Source: an uncultured Nitrososphaeraceae archaeon
GTDB lineage: Archaea; Thermoproteota; Nitrososphaeria; Nitrososphaerales; Nitrososphaeraceae
DNA: 64,000 bases
Reading direction: 5' to 3'
Assembly (NCBI GenBank): GCA_963779615.1
Contig: CAVZZA010000001.1
Location: 288,001-352,000 of the forward strand
The first letter of the stretch is position 1. Every line of letters starts with the position of its first letter. A program made the position numbers and the translations under genes. The notes under the pieces were generated by a model that was not told the origin of the DNA, did not search any database, and worked only from the letters and a program-made list of their open reading frames with translations. This document shows, in pieces, positions 20,055-30,856 of the stretch.

Positions 20055-20306
20055 ATGAATATTGTTAAAACAGAAATATCATACATACTGGAGGCAAGGA
20101 TAAGCGGATTCAATGAGAAAAAAAATATCTCATATCACTTTATCGAATCTGCACACAGTCTACGTGTAGATAAAATACAAATAACATCAGAGCAAATACA
20201 TGCGTGTGAAAGACTATTAAAGCATACAAAAGATCAGACTGATCAGGCAATTATTAAAAAGGAGATATCAGAATTAAAATTTGCCCTAGATCTATTTCAG
20301 GTTTAA
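20055..20306 (+). CDS. Hypothetical protein
   Basis: 83-aa ATG ORF with helical composition. Confidence 0.55.
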   Translation: MNIVKTEISYILEARISGFNEKKNISYHFIESAHSLRVDKIQITSEQIHACERLLKHTKDQTDQAIIKKEISELKFALDLFQV

Positions 20307-20654
20307 CATAGGCATTTTAATATGGAGGCAGGAGTTTTGAAGATCGTATGAATATTTTGTCAGATTTTTGGAATTGTTGGATTGTTACTAAAAAAAAATT
20401 AACGTCGGTAAAAGGATGTAATAACTCACATTAGTAAAAAAAATATAATTCATTAAAAATCTGCAAAACAATACAAGTGATAGGATTTTCACAATAATGA
20501 ATACCGGCTAAATTTTTATGCACCATAAAATCATTTTCTAGAATATGGATCACACTCCCTATAAAATTAAAAAATTATTGGTTTATTCCAAAATACAGTG
20601 ATTTCTATTCTTATCAAAAAATATTAACAAAATAAAATTCCTTGTATTATAAAT

Positions 20655-21314
20655 GGCTCTTCGTTTAAGCATCTGCAACTCTGCTACAAATATCTATGAA
20701 AAGATTTAACCAATTAATCACGTGCTTTGGTTTGCATTTCTTCTTTTTACATGGAAAGTCACCAAAGCATTCAGTTCTGTTTCTGACGAACTGCATAGTT
20801 TTTCCAATGAAACTTCTTTCATATAAAGAATGGATATGATATTCTATTTTTGGAAACTTACAGGCTTGAGGATACCATGTCCACCATCTGTTGTTGAGAG
20901 TGGATGTTTGTCATATATTTTGAATAAACTTGGGATAAGTTTTGATGTAACAAACGTGTTTCTCTCCTTTGATAATTTAAATCCTAGAATTCTTTAATTC
21001 AATGGCTCGGTAATAACCCAAAGCTAAATTAATTTAGAACCAACTTTAATAACAGTTTCATCTATTACAATTCCGAAATTAACTTTCTGTATGATGAAAT
21101 TTTCTTTGAATTGTATATTTGAATCTAATTCCATATTGAAACATGATAACATTTAATAAAATGAGATAACCTTCGGATGTTTTTTCAACGCTAATCCAGA
21201 AAAATACAAATCCAAACCACAACTGACATACTCTAAAGGCACTCTATTTTTCTTACGACTCACAAACGAGACGGAACATCTTCAGATATAGCATCTTATT
21301 AAATGACCAGAGCC
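20655..21314 (-). mobile_element. Heavily degraded IS6-family element
   Basis: Ends GGCTCT... and ...AGAGCC; fragments VIDETVIKVGS, HPLSTTDGGHG and DFPCKK on the minus strand. Confidence 0.7.
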
Positions 21315-21400
21315 TCATATTTTTATTAAATGTATATGAACTATATAAAAACAATGGACTTTCCTTATAAGAATGATATCCTGTAAAAAAGTAGGGGATT

Positions 21401-21787
21401 ATGATCCATAATAACAGTATAAAAGTTATTATTATTGAAGATGAACCAGACCTTTTGATTCTTTATAGAGAGTTTTTACTAATGAAAGGATATTTTATAA
21501 TTTTTACTGATATCAAAGCTACAAATATTTTAAATGAATATAAAAAACATAAACCAGATATCATCATTCTTGACCATAATTTACATGGAGAAAGGAATGG
21601 TATTGAGGCATCTAAAGATGTTTTAAAAAAGTTCCCCGATGCATCAATATTGATGATTAGTGCATCGAGTTCTATCACACAAACTTTTCATAGTGAAGAG
21701 GTATTCAAAGATAAAAGAATAAAGCTATTGATTAAGCCAATAAAACTACAGATAATAGAAAATTATATAAAACTACTTTTAAAATGA
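21401..21787 (+). CDS. Single-domain response regulator (CheY-like receiver)
   Basis: IIEDEPD, PDIIILD (phospho-acceptor Asp), NGIE, ISA and IKP motifs. Confidence 0.9.
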   Translation: MIHNNSIKVIIIEDEPDLLILYREFLLMKGYFIIFTDIKATNILNEYKKHKPDIIILDHNLHGERNGIEASKDVLKKFPDASILMISASSSITQTFHSEEVFKDKRIKLLIKPIKLQIIENYIKLLLK

Positions 21788-21899
21788 TTATTAGCAAATT
21801 AAGTATTTAAAATACTATCCTTGTTATAAATAGATACAGCAAAAATAGCTGTTTCAAGAGGTCTCTTTTAGGTATATGTTTGTTTTCAAAAAATTAATT

Positions 21900-22142
21900 T
21901 TATATTCTCATTTTTTTTAATGTTTTCAAAATATTCTTAGATATTTTTCTTATACTTTTTAATTCTTCCAATACTTCATTTTCATAACTAGAAGGTTCAG
22001 GATATTCGCTAACTTTGTTGGATGGTATGACTTCACAATCATCAGAATCCAATTTGGAATTATTATTTCCTTTTTTAGAATTGTTTTTGTTCTCAATGGG
22101 ATTTTTTTTATTATTAGTTTTATTAGTAGACGTACTTAACAT
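21900..22142 (-). CDS. Hypothetical low-complexity protein
   Basis: 80-aa ATG ORF, N/K-rich, with a C-terminal helix. Confidence 0.45.
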   Translation of the reverse strand: MLSTSTNKTNNKKNPIENKNNSKKGNNNSKLDSDDCEVIPSNKVSEYPEPSSYENEVLEELKSIRKISKNILKTLKKMRI

Positions 22143-22212
22143 ATTAGCAATCTTTTTTAAAAATGTTTTATTATATATTAAAAATTAACCATTTTACTAT
22201 ATTACGAATATT

Positions 22213-22754
22213 ACTTTGTTGCATAACTCAAACTATTTACTGGGAATAGAATTATCCCTTATTTGCCACTGACCGGTTTTCTTATAATCGGTCCTCGGTA
22301 ATAAGGTGAGAGATTCTCTGCTTATGATCTTCTGGATTTATGACAGGATATCAAGATTGAAGATATAAAAAGAAGGAAGGCAGAAAGTTCAGGTATCCTG
22401 ATTCCTTTATTCATGCTATTGGTTACATCATAGTTTATTTTCATTTACCATACATATAAACAGAGGGAGCCATAAAAGCAACAACTGCAAAGAACCCGTC
22501 AAGCCATACTCTAGTTATTCACAGATTAATAGAAGGACAAACAAACTCGACATTGATGGTAGTAGGGGCAGCAATGAATTAGATGATGATGATGATCTCG
22601 TCATGGCAGTTAACAGTACCGATACCATGGTAACTAATATGGGTTAGTGGATGTTTAGCGGATGTCTGAAAAATGAGGTACACAAAACAACAAAAAGAGA
22701 AATTCAAAATGTTTTACTGTTTATTAGTAAACTATCAGTACTTATGCAAAACTT
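22213..22754 (+). mobile_element. Degraded IS5-family (IS903-like) transposase remnant
   Basis: Fragments RKFRYPDSFIHAIGYI.VYFHLPY..TEG, SYSQINRRTNKLDI and DDDLVMAVNST; ends TTTGTTGCATAA / TTATGCAAAACT. Confidence 0.7.
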
Positions 22755-23186
22755 TAATAAATTTAGTGAACATAACCTATTTTCCAATTTATAAAAAAAT
22801 GAACAATATAAAATAGAAAATCTAATTCGGATATCGGTAATGACAATACCCAATCCTTCTCAGGATTTTCTTTTGTTTACAGACAATCTTTTTTCCAAAC
22901 ATAATAAAAATAAAACACATCAAGCAATCAAATAATAATCACTATTATTCAGTTAAATTCATATGGGTATTTTGGGTGCAACACTGCAGTTTTCATGCTA
23001 TAACTTTAATTCTCAAAATCAACAAATCATGAAACAGTGTTCTAAATTACAATAACTTTATTTATTTTACATAATCAATTTTATTAATTTTAATAATTAC
23101 TATTTCTACAAGTTGGTTTATCATATAGAATGAATTGCGGACAATTTCAATAGTGGATCAAATTAAAAAAATCTTTTATATCAAAT

Positions 23187-23378
23187 TTACCAATAAATAC
23201 CTTTTTCTGAATCTGTTAGTTCTGAGCCACATTTAAAACATTTAAGATGGCAAACAGTATATTCCCCCATAATAAAACCACATTTAATACATTCAATTTT
23301 TTGTTTTGAATTACCTTCTTTGGACTCATCCAACTTAATATAATGAATCAATAAATTGGGCACAATCACTATTTTCAT
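23187..23378 (-). CDS. Small zinc-ribbon protein
   Basis: CIKCG...CHLKCFKCG; TATA at 23402-23409 and CTATAT units upstream. Confidence 0.6.
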   Translation of the reverse strand: MKIVIVPNLLIHYIKLDESKEGNSKQKIECIKCGFIMGEYTVCHLKCFKCGSELTDSEKGIYW

Positions 23379-23816
23379 TACCTTATAAACAGCAAAGTAA
23401 ACTTTAAACGTTATCTATATACAATACTAATTCTATATAGATAACTATGGCAACACTTAAAACAGATAATTCACATTATTCATTCCTAAATCAAGAACTT
23501 TATACAGTAGTCACAGTTGTAAATATGGCAAATGATTGTAATAATATCGAATTGATAAAATCAACAAATTTATAAATATTTACTATTAAGGATAACATTT
23601 ATAAATCGATGTATAAATTAGTAAACAACTAAATAAAATTGTCAAGTAAATTGTTAGATAACAAAAAACAGAACATTGTTAAAATTTTGAAGATATATTT
23701 AACTGTATAACAATACAACAATCTTTTTAATTTTATTTATAGTATATTATACTATATAAACATAATAGTCATATTTTGTATAGACTATATGGATAATTTT
23801 TATATTTTAATATAGT

Positions 23817-24306
23817 ATGATTTATAATAGAGTGCGTGCCATAAGTATCGCAATCGATGTAGATGGTTCTCCATCAGGTTACATTTCTTGGCATAATCAT
23901 TTTTTTAATAAAAGTAAAATTAGAGTATTAAAACCATCAAAAAAAAATGAAAAGTTTGGGGTTCAGAGAATGGAAATGCTTGCAGTTTATTTTGCTATTT
24001 TAGACAATTTGAAAGGATTTAGAAAAATTAAAAGAACAAAAAAAAAGAATCATTATTGTTAGAAGTGACTCAAAGTCTACAATAGAACAATTAAATAAAA
24101 AAATAGGGATAAAAGACAGCATCATGAGGAGGATTTATAATTCCATAATACGGGTATTAGAAAAAGTTTCCTGCAATCTTATTTTTAATTATTTAAATAG
24201 AACAAAAAATTCGGCAGGAAAGTTATTAGAGCATCTTCGAAGGGAAAGTATATACATTCAAAAGAAAGGTCAACAGACTAAGAGCCTATCCCAAAAACCG
24301 ATATAA
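23817..24306 (+). CDS. RNase H type I-like protein, frameshifted in an A9 run (24038-24046), C-terminus interrupted by IS5
   Basis: IDVDGS...RMEMLAVYFAI...|IIIVRSDSKSTIEQLN...NSAGKLL, i.e. a D/E/D RNase H-fold pattern. Confidence 0.7.
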
Positions 24307-25215
24307 TTATGCTTGTTATCGTTTTCATTTACGAGTGGCATCGGTCTATCATAAGAACAAGAATAAACAGACATTAACAAATATTCCAGATGAACATGGG
24401 ATGAAATTGTTTCAGTTTTACCAAGGAAAAACCCGATAATGCGATTGGTCGTCCAATTGTTCCCTACAGAAAAGTAGTGGACGGTATTCTATACATCCTA
24501 AGAACAGGGTGCCAGTGGAAGATGCTGCCTGCAGAGTATGGTTCAGGTTCAACATGTCATCGACGATTTCAGGGGTGGGCGGGGTTAGACATTTTCAAAA
24601 AGGCATGGATCAGGTTGTTGCAATCATATGATAACAAACAAGGTATCAAGTGGACATGGCAATCGCTTGACAGCATATCCATAAAGTCTCCTTTAGGTGG
24701 GCAATGACCGAAGGAAGCAATCCCACTGACAGAGGCAAACTGGGCACAAAAAGGCATGTTTTAACGGATACAAAAGGAATCCCACTCTCAGTTGTCATAT
24801 CATCCGCAAGCACTCATGATACAAAACTAGTAACAGATGTAATGGATAATACAATTATCAAACGATCATCATCATCAAAGAAACGTAAATTATCCAGAAA
24901 AAGAAAACTGCAACACCTGTGTCTTGATAAGGCGTACAGTTCCAAGACAGTAAAACAGGAAATCATCAACCGAGGATATGTGCCGCATTTACCGTACAAG
25001 AGAAAAAGAGGAGAGGGCAAGACAGAAACACAAAAGATGTCAAATCGAAAAAAACATCCTGCCAGAAGATGGGTTGTGGAAAGAACCAACTCATGGCACA
25101 ACCGATTTAGAAAACTGCACACAAGATATGAGAGGAAAGCAGAGAACTATCTTGGGTTGGTACAGTTCTCATGTTGCATCATCATCTACAGAAAGATAGT
25201 TTTGGGATAGGCTCT
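24281..25215 (+). mobile_element. IS5-family (IS427-like) element with two overlapping transposase ORFs
   Basis: Perfect 16-bp IRs AGAGCCTATCCCAAAA (24281-24296 / 25200-25215); TA target duplication; [20 protein letters not shown] and RWVVERT motifs. Confidence 0.93.
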
Positions 25216-25319
25216 TAATAATAAACTTCAATAAATAATTTACTTATTATTTCCTAATGGAATCAAATAATATATTATTAATTAGATTTCCATCGGTATA
25301 AATGGAAATTTATTCTATT

Positions 25320-25748
25320 TCATTCAACTTGCTCAAATATAGTATTTAGTTTTACTATTGTATTACTTACAGACATATTTACTTCAAAATATATACATAA
25401 ATATTTATCGTGTATCTCAGTCAGCGATGCGAAGGCTATATACTTGTTCTTAGTAACATTAATTAATTGAAAATCAGATCTATTTCCCATATTAAAATGA
25501 ACAACGATGTTTTTCATATTCTTAATAGAATATAAGCCATCGTCATCATTAGAGAAAATATAGTATAATGAATTCTGAGATGATTTAAAGAAACTATCAC
25601 CCATAATTTCATTCTTTTGAATACCAAATAGTCTGGGTAGGCCTACAATCAATTTTCCATAATCATTTACTACTCCTGCAAATAATATAGAATTATCCAC
25701 GCCTAATGCCTTAGAACATAATCTATAGAGAAATTTTCTTTCTTCCAC
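25320..25748 (-). CDS. Hypothetical protein, roadblock/profilin-like thaumarchaeal family
   Basis: LCSKALGVDNSILFAGVVNDYGKLIVG N-terminal pattern. Confidence 0.55.
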   Translation of the reverse strand: MEERKFLYRLCSKALGVDNSILFAGVVNDYGKLIVGLPRLFGIQKNEIMGDSFFKSSQNSLYYIFSNDDDGLYSIKNMKNIVVHFNMGNRSDFQLINVTKNKYIAFASLTEIHDKYLCIYFEVNMSVSNTIVKLNTIFEQVE

Positions 25749-26051
25749 GAGATAATTAAAGAATAAAATTATTAATTCTTTTACTAAATATTTACATTAG
25801 TTGTATATATATGACAATAGATCTATAATAATTCATAGAAAAACTAGATCACCTTAACTCAATTATAGTTAAAAAGTACAAAATAAACCTAAACAGTATC
25901 TGCAAATACAACTTTCCTTCACCGGAATCTGCCCCAACAGCAAGATTTGACATATTGAGTAAAAGATTTCTTTACATTTGGTTTATGACAGCGATAAAAA
26001 GGTATTGTACATTAAACATTGCAAAAGATATAACAAGATAAGGTTTTCCGA

Positions 26052-26669
26052 GGCTCTGCTCACTTAATGATATCTAATTCCCTGTTATGAAAATATGCAA
26101 AAAGTTGTAGCCAATTATGAACATGTTTCAATTTACAACTCTTTCCTTGGCATGGAAAGTAATCATCGAACCTTCGGTTCTGTCCTTGATGCACTGCATT
26201 GTTCTCTGAGAATTTTTTTACGAGGCGAATGGATGTGATGCTGTAGTTTCAGGAATTTGCAAGCCTGCCGGTACCATATGTACCCCCATTTGTTGAAACA
26301 GGATGTTTTCCATAATTAGGGACCAGGTTTGAAATATGTCGTTCTGCTACAAACATGTTTCGCTCTTTGATATGCTTATTGCAAGAATTTTTTTGTTATT
26401 AGGCTCGATAGTAACCCATAACCATATGTACTTCGAACCAACCTTAATCAATGTCTCGTCTATAATAAATTCCAAAACTTTCTTTTTATTAGACGATATT
26501 CTTTGAGGACTATATTTTTGAATCCAGTTCCAAATAGAAACGTGAATCCTTTTAACCAAACTGGAAAGTCTTTCTGATGTCCTTCTTAGAGAGAGACCTA
26601 AAAAATACAAATACAAACCATGACATATGTACCTCTGAAGATGTAGGTTTATCGTAGGTGAACAGAGCC
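26052..26669 (-). mobile_element. Degraded IS6-family element
   Basis: IRs GGCTCTGCTCACTTA / TAGGTGAACAGAGCC; YLYFLGLSLRRTSE...IHVSIWNWIQK...IIDETLIKVGS; frameshifted 3' half. Confidence 0.85.
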
Positions 26670-26776
26670 TTTTCCGAATAGAGAAAAAATAAAGATCACT
26701 AACTTATTATCATTTGTATACAATCAGCTTTTACTAGCCTCACAACAATAGACCATATTAAATAATCCTCATATCC

Positions 26777-27688
26777 TTATAAAAAATTGTTGTCGGCATC
26801 TAAAAGATCAGATTTACAATATTGGACGAACTCGTCATATTTGTTTTTTCTTATCATGGCAATATTATTTTCAGCGATAACGCTGTTATGTGTATTATGT
26901 CGTTTTAAACAGGCAGTTGTTATATCATAATCATGAACGTTTCCAAGCATATCCTGAATTTTTTCTAATTTATCTATCAGGCTAGAAACATTATGATTAT
27001 CTTCATGATCGTTCTTATCAACTACCTCATTTTCGTCAATACTTTCTTTATTCTTATCCTTATTGCTTAAAACAAGCTCCAGTAAATAACGCAATTTCTT
27101 GGCATCCTTTCTTATCTCATGTAACTCCTCAATTTTTTCGCTATTGTTGATTACAATGGGAAAGTTTTTCTCCATTCTGCAGACAAATTTACCAACAATT
27201 TTATTATATCTTTTAATTAATTTCTTTTGCACCGTACCACGTTCATATAGCTTATTATCGTTATTTATATGGGTAACATTTAACTTTCTTAGGCCAATGG
27301 CAACGGATAACGCCTTATCAAGTTTCCTATTTTTTTGTCTTTTAATTGATTTACTTAGTATTTCAAGCTGTTGTTCATCCATCTGCCCTTCCTTGTTTAA
27401 CTTTTCTAGAACAATATCAAAATCCCTGATTTCACTATTTAGTTTAAAAAGGCGTTTGCTATTAAATACATATTTTTTTATTCTTTTTTTCCGGATTTGC
27501 TTTGGGCTGGCGCTATACGATGCTTCTAGCCTTCTAAATGCTGTTCGTATATCGTGAATGTTTTCTTCATTAGGATCTTTAATGTACTCATTCAATCTCT
27601 TGCCTACCTTTTGGATATTATGGACATAGTTATCAAAAAAAGTATCTAAATTAATAGAATGCGGTATATCAAAAATTAACCTTGACAC
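26777..27688 (-). CDS. CHAD-domain (polyphosphate-binding) protein
   Basis: IHDIRTAFRRL, IRDFDI, LHEIRKDAKKLRYLLE and IQDMLGNVHDYD motifs. Confidence 0.92.
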   Translation of the reverse strand: MSRLIFDIPHSINLDTFFDNYVHNIQKVGKRLNEYIKDPNEENIHDIRTAFRRLEASYSASPKQIRKKRIKKYVFNSKRLFKLNSEIRDFDIVLEKLNKEGQMDEQQLEILSKSIKRQKNRKLDKALSVAIGLRKLNVTHINNDNKLYERGTVQKKLIKRYNKIVGKFVCRMEKNFPIVINNSEKIEELHEIRKDAKKLRYLLELVLSNKDKNKESIDENEVVDKNDHEDNHNVSSLIDKLEKIQDMLGNVHDYDITTACLKRHNTHNSVIAENNIAMIRKNKYDEFVQYCKSDLLDADNNFL

Positions 27689-27862
27689 AGATAAAACAAT
27701 ACACTTGAAATTATTTTAATATTTTACTACAAATAAAATAAAAAAACTCCCGGCATGTATTCAGTAGTACATATAAAAACATCGATTTGACACCAATTAG
27801 TTTGAATGGCATTATAATCCTATCAAAATATGACATTATTCAACATATACGACTATATTCTA

Positions 27863-28459
27863 TTACCCCTCCTTTGTCTTTATTTTCCTTAAAATGGAGT
27901 TTCTTACAAAGTCACTTGTCACAGATTTTGGTATGTTACAATATGATGAAATACATTCTGTTATTTTATTTGAGCATGTTATATTTTTACACAAAGATAG
28001 ATTTTCTTTAAAGGATTTGACTGGATCTTGGGATGAAAAAGCCCATGTCAGCATCATTCCTAGAACTTTTTCTTTTACATGTGGAGGCTTTTCTGATAGC
28101 AAAGCATTTAATTCATCCATTGAAGGAGCCAATTCTCCAATACCGTCATAATAAATGTCGTCATCACTTTTAGAATCAATGTCAGTGTTTTTCCTACATT
28201 TGGACTGAGAATTAAACATACCATTGTTGTTTAATTCCTTATCCCCGCTCTGAAGATCATTACTACCCTCTGTTTTCAGGTCACTGGAAGACGGCACAAG
28301 AGGTCCATGGGAATATACCAAATTGTTTGACTTATTGTATATCTCTCCTTGGTTATCATGTACATCTTTATTGTGGCGAAAAGCATTCCATTTCCTATCG
28401 AAAGTATTTCCACAACCAGAACAATAATATGGCGAGTTTTTCAAATATACCCTTTTCAC
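27863..28459 (-). CDS. C2H2 zinc-finger protein
   Basis: YYCSGCGNTFDRKWNAFRHNKDVH followed by a helical C-terminal domain. Confidence 0.75.
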   Translation of the reverse strand: MKRVYLKNSPYYCSGCGNTFDRKWNAFRHNKDVHDNQGEIYNKSNNLVYSHGPLVPSSSDLKTEGSNDLQSGDKELNNNGMFNSQSKCRKNTDIDSKSDDDIYYDGIGELAPSMDELNALLSEKPPHVKEKVLGMMLTWAFSSQDPVKSFKENLSLCKNITCSNKITECISSYCNIPKSVTSDFVRNSILRKIKTKEG

Positions 28460-28472
28460 ATATTTATGTAAT

Positions 28473-28523
28473 CTTTAAATAGTCTCACTATATAATCTAT
28501 ATAATTGCATATAAACTATATAG
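28473..28523 (-). promoter_or_regulatory. TATA box plus four-unit CTATATA-like array (28488, 28497, 28507, 28516)
   Basis: ctttaaat...CTATATAAtCTATATAAttGCATATAAaCTATATAG; same 9-10-9 spacing as the 16031 array. Confidence 0.7.
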
Positions 28524-29016
28524 ATTGGACCTTAAGCATACATATATTGAGGTGTGTGAAGGCGTCTGGTCACAACTCGGGCCGTTGAATTATTGATTGA
28601 TGAGTGACTCGGAGTGACTCAACAGGGCAGTGAATTAATCATGGTTAACCATTCAACCATATAAACCGTATTAAAGGAGTGTGAAGGAGAAAAGCGGAAA
28701 AACAGCATGAGGCGTTTCAGCATAGCTATTCCTACCGTTTTATCCACAGTATCCGGCGTATGCAATAAAAACATGACAATAGGTAAATAGTATTACCAAC
28801 CTTTTGACGAACTGCCCAAACAAGAAGCGACGGCAAGAAAAATCGCTCTAATGGCTACCGATCATACAACCACCAGACAGTAGATAAATGAAGATTATCT
28901 ACATTATAATTTAAAATGTCAAGTATAGTTCACTTGAATAGGTGATGCTCTTACAATAGGAAGTTGAGGATACTTTCAACTTAGGTTATGTACAATTAAT
29001 CCAAGTTTCCACAACG

Positions 29017-30510
29017 TCACGCAATCTTTTTGCCAGGGTTCAAGAGGAATTTGGGATCGAATAACTTTTTTACCTGTAGAAAAATAGAAAATACCTCGTC
29101 ACCATACACAGATGGAATGTATTTTACTCTAGCCAACCCATCTCCATGCTCTCCTGTTATTGTTCCGCCATTTCTTATTACCCTGTCGAAAACTTGCGAA
29201 GCGATGCGTTCTATTAATTCCACTTCAGATTTTGAATCCATATCGATTAAAGGCCTTGTATGCAAATTCCCATCTCCCACATGACCATAAACAACGTAGT
29301 CGAGCTTACTATCCAAATACGTTTGCAGAAGGTATTGCGTGTGAGCATGTAATAGAGTTGGTTTAACCACTGTGTCTTCTATCAAGCCGATCGGTTTTCT
29401 TGTCCCATACGTCAATTTCATAATACGATTTAACGCGCCTTTACGCGCTTCCCATATACGGGTCGCACTATTTTCATCACTTGCACTTTCTATGATAGTA
29501 CACTTTCCAGACAATTTTTCTTTACATTGACCAAGTTTTCTCTCGACATCTCCAATCCTGTCTCCTGCAAATTCTACAAATAATAGACAACCAGGATTAG
29601 TGGCTACTTGCTGCTGCTGAAGGGTATTCTTCTCCCCATGGGAGACAACTGTGTGATCAAGCATTTCAAGGGCAACAGGATAAAATTGTAAAATAAGTGG
29701 AACTTCAGACACAGCGGACAGCAAATCCTCAAAACCTAACACTAGCAAATGACGATAAAGCGGAATATCCAGGATTTTTAGCCTTGCGGAAGTTAGTATT
29801 CCTAATGTGCCTTCAGAAGCAGCAAATATTTTTTGAGGTGAAAATCCTTGTTCGTTTATTACTGCATCAAGCCTGTAACCACATGAATTTTTGTTCACTT
29901 TTGGATATCGGCTTTGGATGATATTTATGTAGGGCGACAGCAGTCTTAACAAATTTGTGATCATGCAATCTTCAGATTTATTATTACCATTAACATAACC
30001 AGCAGATCCATCGGAATAAATAATATGGATTTCTTGAAGAAAGTCTATTGTACTGCCGTAACCCAGACAATGAACACCACTTGAATTATTTGCAATCATC
30101 CCCCCAATTGTGCAGTAATTGCTACTTGCAGGATCGACAGGAAGGAACTTTCCTCTCTTTTTCAGTTCCCTATCCAAAATACCTTTAACTACACCTGGCT
30201 GGACCTCAACATAATCAGTTCCGATTTCCACAACCTTGTTCATGTATTTTGCAAAATCAATAACGATGCTATTTGAAAGAGACTGCCCAAGAAGGCCAGT
30301 TCCTGCTCCCCTTGCGGTTATAGGAACATTCTTAGAAAAACAGTATTTACAAATTTTCTCTATATCATATCTGTCTACTGGGCGTACCACCACTGAGGGC
30401 TTTATAGCATAATGACTTGCATCAACAGAGTATATTTCTTTACTCCAGTCATCAGAAAGAATTTCACCCTTCGCGATACACCTTAACTCATCGGCAATTG
30501 GCATCACCAT
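29017..30510 (-). CDS. FAD-linked oxidoreductase (GlcD/D-lactate dehydrogenase family)
   Basis: YSVDASHY, ARGAGTGLLGQ, CTIGGMIANN, ASEGTLG, GHVGDGNLH, GEHGDG and LNPGK motifs. Confidence 0.92.
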   Translation of the reverse strand: MVMPIADELRCIAKGEILSDDWSKEIYSVDASHYAIKPSVVVRPVDRYDIEKICKYCFSKNVPITARGAGTGLLGQSLSNSIVIDFAKYMNKVVEIGTDYVEVQPGVVKGILDRELKKRGKFLPVDPASSNYCTIGGMIANNSSGVHCLGYGSTIDFLQEIHIIYSDGSAGYVNGNNKSEDCMITNLLRLLSPYINIIQSRYPKVNKNSCGYRLDAVINEQGFSPQKIFAASEGTLGILTSARLKILDIPLYRHLLVLGFEDLLSAVSEVPLILQFYPVALEMLDHTVVSHGEKNTLQQQQVATNPGCLLFVEFAGDRIGDVERKLGQCKEKLSGKCTIIESASDENSATRIWEARKGALNRIMKLTYGTRKPIGLIEDTVVKPTLLHAHTQYLLQTYLDSKLDYVVYGHVGDGNLHTRPLIDMDSKSEVELIERIASQVFDRVIRNGGTITGEHGDGLARVKYIPSVYGDEVFSIFLQVKKLFDPKFLLNPGKKIA

Positions 30511-30856
30511 TGTTTTACAGAGATCATATTAACCTTCAATCGAGTATAAAGGCTCTGCTGACAAAAATCTTATAGTATCTTTTGGTATTGTATGGTGGCG
30601 CGGTTCAGTGTACATGTTCATTATAAGCGAGGCGCTATATCGCATAATAAAACTACCGATAAAAGTTTACAAATTATTATAAAAATTTTGTAAAGTTAGG
30701 TTCGTTTCATTCCGTCGGTGTTATTTTTGGGTGTTCGAAAATGGGTGGTAAATGGATATTTAATTAGAGAATAGTTACATTATGCATTATTGTAATAGAA
30801 ATAGATTCTTGTTGTAGTAATTCTTCTAATTGTGTTTTAAATTGTGTGAAAAAATC

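Noticed and set aside
24038-24047. A AAA AAG as a programmed -1 frameshift site
   Set aside because: Joining the two ORFs needs a +1 shift, not -1.
30551-30568. GGCTCTGCTGACAAAA resembling an IS6 inverted repeat
   Set aside because: No partner IR or transposase sequence recognised nearby.
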